A DNA stretch of 21,612 nt from positions 1 to 21,612 of the forward strand of contig NW_021823661.1 of assembly GCF_006345805.1 (NCBI RefSeq), in the 5' to 3' direction. Source of the stretch: Octopus sinensis. Its lineage: Eukaryota. This document shows positions 9,279 to 19,435 of the stretch, piece after piece; position 1 is the first letter of the stretch; every line of letters begins with the position of its first letter. The notes below the pieces were generated by a model. The model had not been told where the DNA came from, made no database searches, and saw nothing but the letters and a program-made list of their open reading frames with translations. Position numbers and translations under genes: made by a program.

Positions 9279-10748
9279 CTGTTGACGATAGATTTAGCTG
9301 TCTAAGAGTGGAGTTCTGTTCCAGGGCGTTGCCAATCATTGTAGCTCCCTCGTTTCCAATATTGTTAAGTCGTACATCCAAAACAGTTAAACTGTTATTT
9401 TTTTGCAAAGGTATGGACAACAAACCAATGTCCGAACCTGTCAACTGTGTCTTGCCAAGGCACAGTTCAAGAATACAATTGTACCTGTGAAGAACTTCGG
9501 CCAGAACCATGGCACGTTTACCTTGTAGATTGTGTCCAAGAATACTGACCGTCATCATTGGTACTAAATTAGTTTTTCCATTGCCGTTAATGTCTGTTGT
9601 GTTATTTTGTTGGTCCTTCGATAGGAAACTAGAAGATATCTGTGACGAGCAAGAGTTGGAGTTGTGTAACCCCCATTTACCATTGACGTCTTTGATACGC
9701 TCAAGCTCAACGACAGGCTTCAGTTGACGGATCGAATCGTCATAGAAACCTACGTCAAACTTCATCGTTGTTTCATCAGCAAGGACATTGTCTTCCTGAT
9801 CTGAACTGGGAATATCGGAAATCATAAACGATATCCGAGTCATAGCGTCCAGAATATCGGAAATATCTCTATAGCCGTCCGTATTGCGAAGGACGTTACA
9901 GAAAGACTCGTACTGTTGGCTGTCTCCTCGAGATACATTGTTCACTAAGCTCTCACAGACCAATCTCTGGTCTGGATGACCGTGGAATGCTTGTAGGTCG
10001 CCTGTGGTTATCACATGTTCCTTGTACATATTTTCGATAAGGTCCACCGGTCTCAACCGCTGACATAATAAATCAGTAAGGCAATGTAATATAATGCCAT
10101 GCCGGGTGATCTTGTCACGGGCATTTTGCAGTTGGCCTGAAGCAGGCAAGTCCATTTTGATACGCATCGGATTGCCGTTTGCCGAATATTTGATACGTTT
10201 TTCTCTGCGAATAGATTTGGTCGTTAAATCTGGAGTCATTTGACCCACAGCTTCTGGGTTCTTGGGGGAAGGAATGGTTCCGTTGTACGGAGAGTTGTTC
10301 AAAAAGCGCCCGTTTTCAATGTTAATAGGAAATTTGATAATTGCTTCCTCCTTGGAATTCGTGCTCGGGGACATGAGAAACGAGTTCCGCGACGAAGACG
10401 GCGTTATCGAGTTTCTATGATTCGTAATCGAAGTCGAACGCATCAAGAACAATCTAGGAGGTTTTGGTGGAGGCTTCAATGACTGCGACCGTCGCAGAGC
10501 ATTGTTATCAAGAACATCGGGGAGGTCTTCGAGATGGTCGTCTTCTTCGTTAGATACACCATTAGAGAGACGTATAGTTTCTTTGAGAATACATTCGCGC
10601 CTTCCGCGGCCATCCGAATGGCTCACAAGAAGACTGCCACCGTATTCCCCCCTATCGCCGCCTTTCTTATCATTTGCGTTCCTTCTAGAGGACAACCTTC
10701 TCCAGAACTTCCATGTGGGTGCATGAGTTGTTGGTGGAGAACCACGGT
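9279..10748 (-). CDS. Large internal coding exon: Pro/Ser-rich region, CARD/death-fold-like domain and RI-type LRRs (NLR-like CARD-LRR protein, no NACHT in this exon)
   Basis: Stop-free for 490 codons. Acceptor TTTTGGTTCTTTTTCTCTCTTCCAG| before 10748, donor CAG|GTAACT after 9279; both phase 1. The track's start at 10695 is TTG, and the frame extends upstream as RGSPPTTHAPTWKFWRRL. CARD-like helices at about 10131-9841 (LQNARDKI..LRPVDLIENMYKEHVIT..LVNNVSRGDSQQYESFCNVL). LRRs from about 9540 (ILELCLGKTQL, LTVLDVRLNNIGNEGATMIGNALEQNSTLRQLNLS). Domain calls are by motif recognition. Confidence 0.85.
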
Positions 10749-11065
10749 CTGGAAGAGAGAAAAAGAACCAAAATTAGTTACATATATACACACACATAGT
10801 CAAAAATATACATTCGTTCATGTGCATAGTTATAAATCCACTAACATATACATCGTTATACATACATGTATATATACAAAATGAGAAAATGGAGAAATAT
10901 ATCTAAATCAATCCTCAACTATCAGATAATACCGAATCATATACTTTATTAAAACACTACACAATAGCAATGAAATTAGACATTAATACAGTACAATAAT
11001 TACAATCAATATGGTGAGATATAACTAAATAAATATAACAAGATATAAAAATACATATACATTAT

Positions 11066-11125
11066 AACTGACAGCTGTTTCGGCCATGAAGATAGGTATG
11101 TCTCATTTAACCTATTAGCCATATA
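11066..11125 (-). ncRNA. 3' half of a hammerhead motif (core lost), PLE remnant
   Basis: Minus strand ..ATAGGT-TAAATGAGACAT-ACCTAT..TGGCC-GAAAC-AGCT-GTC-AGTT has the same palindromic stem III as the 2827 ribozyme and a GUC triplet, but no CUGANGA upstream. Confidence 0.45.
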
Positions 11126-11129
11126 TTGC

Positions 11130-11168
<39 letters not shown>

Positions 11169-11425
11169 TACAATTTAGAGACGAACTACCATTCCACAAT
11201 TCAGTCAATGAATAACCCGTCCAAAACCATACTATGAGATATATACTATACAAAATACTAATCTAAAATTTTGATAATATGTAATATTGAAAAGTAAGAT
11301 TATTACAATTTAGATTAGTTATGTACATATATTATATATTACGAAATTCGGTCTAATATTATTATTATACTGGATTTTACTTGTAAGGATGGAATAATAA
11401 TTTATTCCCTAATATTATTATTATT

Positions 11426-11983
11426 GAGTGAGAGAGCAGAGCATGCCATCAAAGTGACACTGGGGTAAAATATACGAAGCCCAGTATACCCATCATGACT
11501 ACCCGTCTGATAAGGGTCCACTAGGCACATGCATCACAACCCATATGTGCGCGACATGGTGATCTCAGATGAAGATAAACAGCGTTATGACCTTGAAGGT
11601 GGGGCCCAGTTAGAATTTTCTTCTGATCGAGTAACCCATCTCACTCAAAAGGTCCCTGAATGAGGATTGTTTAAGAATGTTGAACGAAACACCCATGTTT
11701 CCCGGGGCGAATTATTCAAACCCCAAAGAATCTCTCTCTCAACACATGGCTATGATGCTCCCCTACTATTTCTGATCGTGATCAGAGATGCACATATCGT
11801 CAGCCACTAAGGGACATGCTCAACTGGTTACGGTCAAACAACCGACAAGCAAATCTGTGGTATTGAGCAGAATATTTGCTGTAGCCCATCTTTTATACCA
11901 AGACAAAACAATGTACATGATAACACTTCCAATCAGTTAAGATCAGAAGCCACGAGAGCCACTGCCTGGTACTACATCAGAGC

Positions 11984-11986
<3 letters not shown>
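11426..11986 (-). mobile_element. Unclassified ~560-bp interspersed element flanked by (ATT)n on both sides
   Basis: Balanced-composition, non-coding block sharply bounded by (ATT)4 at 11413-11425 and a long (ATT)n at 11987-12040. Orientation is a guess; no second copy in the window. Confidence 0.5.

Positions 11987-12066
<80 letters not shown>
11987..12066. repeat. (ATT)n then (AT)n microsatellite
   Basis: Direct reading. Confidence 0.95.
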
Positions 12067-12072
<6 letters not shown>

Positions 12073-12299
12073 CGGATTTTTCTTAATCCGTCTACCGGTG
12101 ATTGTAATTATTGTACTGTATTAATGTTGGTTTTCGATCGCAGCTGTGGGTATCCCAAGTGTTGAATGAATATCCTATCGCGGAGACATCGGGGCAACCT
12201 CGTATTTGTTTATTAGACAACTAGTTGAGGCTCCGCACAAATAACGCTGTTGTAGTATAATTCAGAATGCTGTGTGTGACTTTTACCTGAGAATGTACC

Positions 12300-12527
12300 T
12301 TAACCCTTTAGTGTTCAGATTACTCTGTTAAATGTAATAATTTTTCACTCAAATTGTTTTGAATTAATCATGCATTATCTTATAGCTTTGAGGTTTCAAT
12401 GATGTGATTGTTTATTTTCAGAATGTCAATGTAAGTTAGGTGGGAGAGGCTAGATATTGCCAGTTTGAATGTAAAACATGTAGAATATCTGGGCCAGATA
12501 TGGCCGGTTTAAACACTAAAGGGTTAA
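12300..12527. mobile_element. piggyBac-type MITE (220 bp) with TTAA target site duplication
   Basis: TTAA|CCCTTTAGTGTT ... AACACTAAAGGG|TTAA: perfect 12-bp TIRs with CCC/GGG ends; no coding capacity. Confidence 0.85.
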
Positions 12528-12647
12528 GAATGTAAAAATATACAACAAAGCTATGTAGGCATATAGGCCGACTTACCACCAGTCAATTGGAACCAATTGT
12601 GGTCATAAGTCGACGAAGACCTGTATATATATATATATATATATATA

Positions 12648-12758
12648 TCGGGAGAATTCACAACAAAAAAAAACAGACGAAAACAGGTGGTGTAGACAAC
12701 AAACAGATGTATTAGTTTAACGCTCGGGAAGTGAAAAAGTCTTTAACGTTTCGAGCCC
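12648..12758 (-). mobile_element. Short PLE-like terminal remnant between (TA)n tracts, with HHR 3' half
   Basis: Minus strand begins GGGCTC-GAAAC-GTT-AAAG (GAAAC plus GUU triplet); upstream core truncated. Confidence 0.35.
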
Positions 12759-13359
12759 TATATATATATACTAGTATTATAATCCGATTTCTTTCGGATC
12801 TACTCGGGCCACATTTTAAAGTTGAGGAATTCTGCCCTAGAGGCCACGCCTTTCTATCAAGCAAACTCAAAGTTGCCATGCAAACTCCCCAGCACTTTTA
12901 ACATAGGTGTGCAAATTCTCAGGTCAATCCAACCGCATTTACTGCTTGTGAGACAAAGTCCGCCCTTTTCACAAATGTATTGCTTACACAAAAGGTTTAT
13001 ATTTATATCTGACCTGTGTAATGATTTATGTTTCAACATAAAAGAAGATCAGTGTTTAGTCGGGGTCAAACGAAGATTTTGGTTACAAACGAACATAGAA
13101 CTGTGTTAATACATCTATATATTACATTCATAAATAACAGATGTGTTGAGCATCGTTAACAGATTTAAAATTCATCAAGATCTTTTGGGGTTGCATCATT
13201 CAGTACATCTCCATCTACGTCTGTGATTCTTAAACCATTTTCAACGTAAAATTTTCTAGAAGTTAATCATTATATATATATATATATGAATATGTCTAGA
13301 CATGCAAGTATATTCATGAGAAGACACACACAAAACAAAACATACAGATCTGCACATAT

Positions 13360-13943
<584 letters not shown>

Positions 13944-14237
13944 CATAGACAGACGCATAGCCGAATGAAAGCTGATAAAGACACACACAGCATAAAGACA
14001 CAGACACACAGACATACAGGCACACAGGCATACACAAAGCACATACAAGGACACACACATACAGGCGTACAGGCAGACAGACATCCAGACAGCCAGCCAG
14101 ACATACAAACATGAAAAAAATCCCAGCTGACACAAAATTTATGCAAAGATACAGGCAGACATACGGACAGACGTATTGAATAACTGTCGTACAGAAATAC
14201 AGAAATACAGTCACAGACGTCTAGACATAGAAATTGA

Positions 14238-14360
14238 AAGAGAGAGAGAGAGAGGGAGAGAAATAGAGAGAGAGAGAGAGTCAAAGAGGGAGTGTGAGGG
14301 AGAGAGAGAGAGAGACAAAGAGGGAGTGTGAGGGAGAGAGAGAGAGAGAGAGAGACAAAG
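14238..14360. repeat. (GA)n-rich tract
   Basis: Direct reading. Confidence 0.9.
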
Positions 14361-14490
14361 AGGAAAAATCGAGACTGCTCGATTCAAAGACATTGTCAGC
14401 CAAATAAATAACGGTAACCGTGTAGAGATAGATGCATGCTGGGACACGATAACATTTTATGTGAGCTGGGGTGGGGGGACATAGCGCAGA

Positions 14491-14813
14491 GTAGTAGTAG
14501 TAGTAGTAGTAGTAGGAGTAGTAGTAGTAGTTGTGGTAGTAGTAGTAGTAGCTGTAGTAGTAGTTGTAGTAGTAGCAGTTGTAGTAGTAGCTGTAGTAGT
14601 AGTAGTAGTAGTAGTTGTGGTAGTAGTAGTAGTTGTAGTAGTAGTAGTAGTAGTTGTAGTAGTAGTAGTAGTTGTAGTAGTAGTAGTAGTAGTTGTAGTA
14701 GTAGTAGTAGTTGTAGTAGTAGTAGTTGTTGTTGTAGTAGTAGTTGTAGTAGTAGTAGAAGTAGTTGTAGTAGTAGTAGCAGCAGTAGTAGTAGTAATAG
14801 TAGTAGTATATGC

Positions 14814-14868
<55 letters not shown>

Positions 14869-14920
14869 ATAGTAGCAGCGCAGCAGCAGCAGTAGTAGTA
14901 GTAGTAGTGGTAGTAGTGGT
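14491..14920. repeat. Long (GTA)n/(GTT)/(GCA) trinucleotide microsatellite
   Basis: Direct reading; source of poly-S and poly-V ORFs. Confidence 0.95.
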
Positions 14921-15239
14921 GTTGATTTGATTTGGCTGCTATTTCTAGCAGGTCAAATGACCGGGTAGATGTTCTCTTGAATATTAAATCTAAGATGTGA
15001 GGGTAGTTGTTGTGGTTAGGGTCGGAAATGGGGTGGGGTGGGGTGGGGGCATGGTGGATGGGATTGTTGTTTAACTAGGAAACAAACAGGAACAAATGTG
15101 AAGTTGTGACGTTCATGCATTTCTGCAGGCGGACGGTGTGAGGCTGCGGAGTGACTTAAACAGCTTTGGTGTCAAAGATGTAAAGTTTACCGCCATCTCT
15201 GATAGCTGGATCTTAATCTCAGCGACGTTTGATGGTCAT

Positions 15240-15340
15240 AAGAGAGACAGAGAGAGAGAGAGAAGGAAAGAGAGGGGGAGGAGAGAGAGAATGAGACAAA
15301 GAGACAGAGAGAGTGTAAGGAAAAGAGAGAGAGACAGAGA
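15240..15340. repeat. (GA)n-rich tract
   Basis: Direct reading. Confidence 0.85.
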
Positions 15341-15619
15341 GGTGTTATGTATTTATAAAAAACAGAGCGAACGACACAAAAACTGATCAGACGGAGACAC
15401 GTTGAAATATTAGTTTATGTGAAGTCAAAGCAATCTCAATGACAACGTATGCACCCGTCCCGTTTGTGTCTGTGAGTAGGTGGTGTATGTGTGTGTATCT
15501 GTGTGTGTGTGAGTGTATGTGTGCACGTGCATATACACACTTACATACACATGTATATATATAACATGCATAACCCACATACATATATGTATTCGTACAT
15601 GTATGCACATATAAATACT

Positions 15620-15850
15620 TATTTCTTTACTACCCATAAGGGGCTAAACACAGAGAGGACAAACAAGGACAGACAAAGGGATTAAGTCGATTATATCGAC
15701 CCCAGTGCGTAACTGGTACTTATTTAATCGACCCCGAATGGATGAAAGGCAAAGTCGACCTCAGCGGAATTTGAACTCAGAACGTAACAGCAGACGAAAT
15801 ACGGCTACGCATTTCGTCCGGCGTGCTAACGTTTCTGCCAGCTCGCCGCC
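15620..15850 (-). mobile_element. SINE family B, full-length monomer
   Basis: Head GGCGGCGAGCTGGCAGAAACGTTAGC through B-box-like GAGTTCAAATTCC to tail AAAGAAATA. Confidence 0.9.
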
Positions 15851-16473
15851 GTCTGGGGAGAGTCATTCTCTTTTAGCGCCTTATTATTTAACACACGCAC
15901 CGGTAAAGTTTCCACTCTCTTTTACTCTTTTACTCGCTTCAGTCATTTGACTGCGGCCATGCTGGAGCACCGCCTTTAGTCGAGCAAATCGACCCCCCAG
16001 GACTTATTCTTCGTAAGCCTAGTACTTATTCTATCGGTCTCTTTTCCCGAACCGCTAAGTTACGGGGACGTAAACACACCAGCATCGGTTGTCAAGCGAT
16101 GTTGGGTGGCGGAACAATCAGTCACACACACACATATATACATATATACGATGGGCTTCTTTCAGTTTCCGCCTACCAAATCCACTCACAAGGCTTTGGT
16201 CGGCCAGAGGCTATAGTAGAAGTGGGACTGAACCCGGAACCATGTGGTTGGTAAGCAAGCTACTTACCACACAGCCATTCATTCATTTATTTTCACCAAA
16301 ATTTTCGTTGTGCTTTGCAACCTTTTCAATAGTCGTTCAAGAGTCAACGACCATTGAAAAGGTTGCAAGACGCAACGAAAATTTTAGGAAAACATAAATA
16401 AGTAAATGAGTGGAAACTTTACCGGTGAGTGTGTCAAATAATAAGGACTAAAAGAGAATGACTCTCCCCAGAC
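15851..16473. mobile_element. Fold-back (near fully palindromic) MITE-like element interrupted by a SINE
   Basis: 15851-15917 is the reverse complement of 16408-16473 with few mismatches; 16277-16407 is itself a near-palindrome centred at 16338-16345. Removing the SINE gives arms of about 125-130 bp. Confidence 0.8.
15918..16276 (-). mobile_element. SINE family A (copy A5), slightly 5'-truncated, with internal deletion
   Basis: Reverse complement of family A; lacks the GACACTTGCCCAAGGTGCCACGC segment seen in other copies. Confidence 0.9.
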
Positions 16474-16605
16474 ACAACAAAATATGCTTCGACACACGAA
16501 CTCACATAAAGAATCTTGCAAACCAAATCCCAAAACGATATATATATATATATGTTTTTTTTTAATGTTTAGTTATAATAAAAACAATTTTACATCAATC
16601 TGATA

Positions 16606-16838
16606 TATTTCTTTACTGCCCACAAGGGGCTAAACGTAGAGGGGACAAACAAGGACAGACAAACGGATTAAGTCGATTACATCGACCCCAGTGCATAACT
16701 GGTACTTAATTTATCGACCCCGAAAGGATGATAGGCAAAGTCGACCTCGGCGGTATTTGAACTCAGAACGTAACGGCAGACGAAATACGGCTACGCATTT
16801 CGCCCGGCGTGCTAACGTTTCTGCCAGCTCGCCGCCTT
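16606..16838 (-). mobile_element. SINE family B, full-length monomer with 9-bp TSD
   Basis: TSD AATCTGATA at 16597-16605 and 16839-16847; inserted in the first of two 31-bp tandem units (TTTTACATCAATCTGATAG.TTA.TCTATAC). Confidence 0.9.
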
Positions 16839-16915
16839 AATCTGATAGCTTACTCTATACTTTTACATCAATCTGATAGGTTATTCTATACTTTTGTAGA
16901 GTATTAATTTATTAT

Positions 16916-16993
16916 TCTTAAACAGGAATGTTGTTGACTGTGACTTCGACGTTTCGGCCAGCTTTCACAGTCAACAAACATTCTTGTTTAAGA
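16916..16993. repeat. Inverted repeat (28/29-bp arms) enclosing an HHR 3' half
   Basis: TCTTAAACAGGAATGTTGTTGACTGTGA / TCACAGTCAACAAACATTCTTGTTTAAGA (1 mismatch, 1 indel); the spacer on the minus strand includes AGCTGGCC-GAAAC-GTC. Confidence 0.8.
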
Positions 16994-18245
16994 GTAATAC
17001 ACACACACACACACATATGTATGTATTCATATATATACACATACACACACAGATACATATGTATGCGTGAGCGTGTGTATATATGTCTTCCTGTATACGT
17101 GCACATGATATGAGTTTATGAGTTTACAGTTTTATAAAGCTGTTTCGATCATTTTAATCTTCTCAGATTTAATGAAAAAAAATAATAATAAAAAACTGTC
17201 CATGGGTCAATGAAATAATTTAAAAGGAAAGAAAGTGGAAAAAAACTCAGTGAAATTAGGGAGTGAAAGCTCAAGAACAAACGATTTAGTTGCGAGGACA
17301 AGCTTAATTAATATTTATGGCTGTTTAGCATTAATTAGATATCAGGGTTAAGAGACATGAGACAGTTTAGGAAAAAAAATCCCTGATGAACGCTTGACAT
17401 AGAAACGATTTATCTCGCAGAATGCAAGAATATTGTTGAATAAAAAAATGAGTAAAGCTGGCGATAATAAATGGAACTTGGAAACAAAGATGATCTAAAT
17501 TCTATTGAAGATTGAAGAGGCGAAAAATTAAAACGGGCTTGTAATGTATGTAATATGTTAGGAAAAAAGGATGTACTGGTGTTTAAAATTAATATTTAAC
17601 GAGTAGGGAAAAAAATAGTTGGAAAATTTTTATGCTTATGCGAAAAGTATTTAATGAAAGGAGTCAAGGAAAAACGAAGAGTCTGAGTTAGGAGCCAAGT
17701 TAGACATTCTTAAGAAGATAGACAGTGCCAAACAGATGATTCAGTATTAGATAAGTTGGAGGAAAGTATGTTGGGAGTAGAGAGGTTGTTGAAAGGGAGA
17801 TAAATAACGGTAGACGTCTGAGATGAAATATCTTAGGGCAAGACGATGGTGTGGGTGATTTATAGAGAACAAGGACGTAAATAGTGGAGATAGCTGAGTG
17901 GAATAAAGATGTTAATAATATATGACACTTTATAAATGTATTCGTTGAACTAAGAGGGGTTGACAAATTGATTAAAGAGGCTAAAATCAAGCAAATAAAG
18001 AGGCGGAAACACCGTGACACAGAGATTTTATGCTGGCAACTGGAGAACCCGTAAGCTTATCACCTGGATTCCCAGTTTCACACTCGTTTGCACAGAGGCA
18101 TGCAGTTACTGGGGTGTATATACGTATACACACAAATAGGAACAAACGAGGTTATACACACACATACACATACGCACACAAGCATACACACACACAGACA
18201 CAGGCACGAACAGACACACAAACACATATATATACATATAAATAT

Positions 18246-18247
18246 GC

Positions 18248-18332
<85 letters not shown>

Positions 18333-18345
18333 ATATATATATATA
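18246..18345. repeat. (TA)n microsatellite
   Basis: Direct reading. Confidence 0.9.
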
Positions 18346-18461
18346 CTTTATTTAAAAGCAGCAGAAATTTAACAAAAGGCTGTTACTCGGAGTTTCACGT
18401 TCCCGTTCGTCGGACAGTTTTGTAACAGCTTTTGTTAAATTTCTGCTGCTTTTAAATAAAG
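18346..18461. repeat. Inverted repeat (41/40-bp arms, one indel), PLE-like terminal fold-back
   Basis: CTTTATTTAAAAGCAGCAGAAATTTAACAAAAGGCTGTTAC (18346-18386) versus GTAACAGCTTTTGTTAAATTTCTGCTGCTTTTAAATAAAG (18422-18461). Confidence 0.9.
18380..18417 (-). ncRNA. Minimal type I hammerhead ribozyme, U4C core variant
   Basis: Minus strand CTGT-CCGACGA-ACG-GGAA-CGT-GAAAC-TCCGA-GTA-ACAG: stem I CTGT/ACAG, stem II with GNRA loop, near-palindromic stem III ACTC-C-GAGT, GUA triplet. Confidence 0.65.
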
Positions 18462-18570
18462 CATATTACTCTACCACTGGTATTTGAATACTCTTTTATC
18501 CACCTTGTTTCACATTAATGTATTTACTCCGGTGTATATATATATATATATATACACACACGTACAGACA

Positions 18571-18612
<42 letters not shown>

Positions 18613-18905
18613 ATATATATATATATATATATACATACATGTCATGCATAGATATATTTATTCTCAAGTAAAGACGCGTCTACACTCATGGACAGGGACG
18701 TAAATAGACATATTCTAACACATACACACATCTGTCTGTGTGTATGTATAAACACACAAACATGCACACTCATACATACACACACACACACCATACACAT
18801 ACACATATCTGCATTGAAACAAAGCTAGACATAGGTGCTCCATTTTGGCTTCAACCCCTCAATGGCTAAAGCAAAGAACATGAAAGATAATAACTTCTTA
18901 AATTG

Positions 18906-19028
<123 letters not shown>

Positions 19029-19339
19029 GAATATTAATGTTTGTTTTTGTGTCGTGTTATGAATATAAATAATTTTACATTAAACTGAAGAATTTCTCAG
19101 TACTTTTTGTAGATTACATATTTCTTATTCTTTTGCAAGAGTAGTGCTGACAGTGACTTCGAAGTTCCGACCATCGAAGTGCTGGAGAGTCCGACAAAAT
19201 CGAACGGGCCAAAATTATGATATATATAAATGTATAGAATAATATATATATATATATTGGTAAAACGGTAAGATAACAAAAGAAAGAAAGAGACCTCAAT
19301 ATTATGTAAATAGAGGAAATTTATCTATAAAATAATATG

Positions 19340-19435
19340 TTACATTACTCGATAGTCAAGATAAAACTATGAGTTTCAGATGCCGAAGTGGGCATCTGAA
19401 ACTCAGAGTTTTATCTTGACTATCGAGTAATGTAA
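19340..19435. repeat. Near-perfect palindrome: 45-bp arms, 1 mismatch, 6-nt loop
   Basis: TTACATTACTCGATAGTCAAGATAAAACTATGAGTTTCAGATGCC-GAAGTG-GGCATCTGAAACTCAGAGTTTTATCTTGACTATCGAGTAATGTAA. Confidence 0.95.

Noticed and set aside
9571-9594. DINGNGKT as a Walker A (GxxGxGKT) or EF-hand loop
   Set aside because: Lacks the first Gly of the P-loop, has no Walker B or room for an NTPase fold before the LRRs, and lacks the EF-hand position-12 Glu; probably coincidental.
10693-10695. Start codon of the 494-aa ORF
   Set aside because: It is TTG; a strong acceptor lies 53 nt upstream, so this is an internal exon.
11930-11986. HDV-like ribozyme at the end of the (ATT)-flanked element
   Set aside because: Could not build the P1/P2/P3 nested pseudoknot by eye.
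12822-13109. 95-aa plus-strand ORF
   Set aside because: TTG start, no recognisable domain or splice context.
17383-17410. CTGATGA...GAAAC spacing typical of a hammerhead
   Set aside because: The intervening ACGCTTGACATA forms no stem II and no valid stem III/NUH follows.
17200-18025. Purine-skewed region resembling a decayed TE ORF
   Set aside because: Stops in the plus-strand frames read and no motif I can assign; the 106-aa minus-strand ORF looks non-coding. Needs a repeat-library search.
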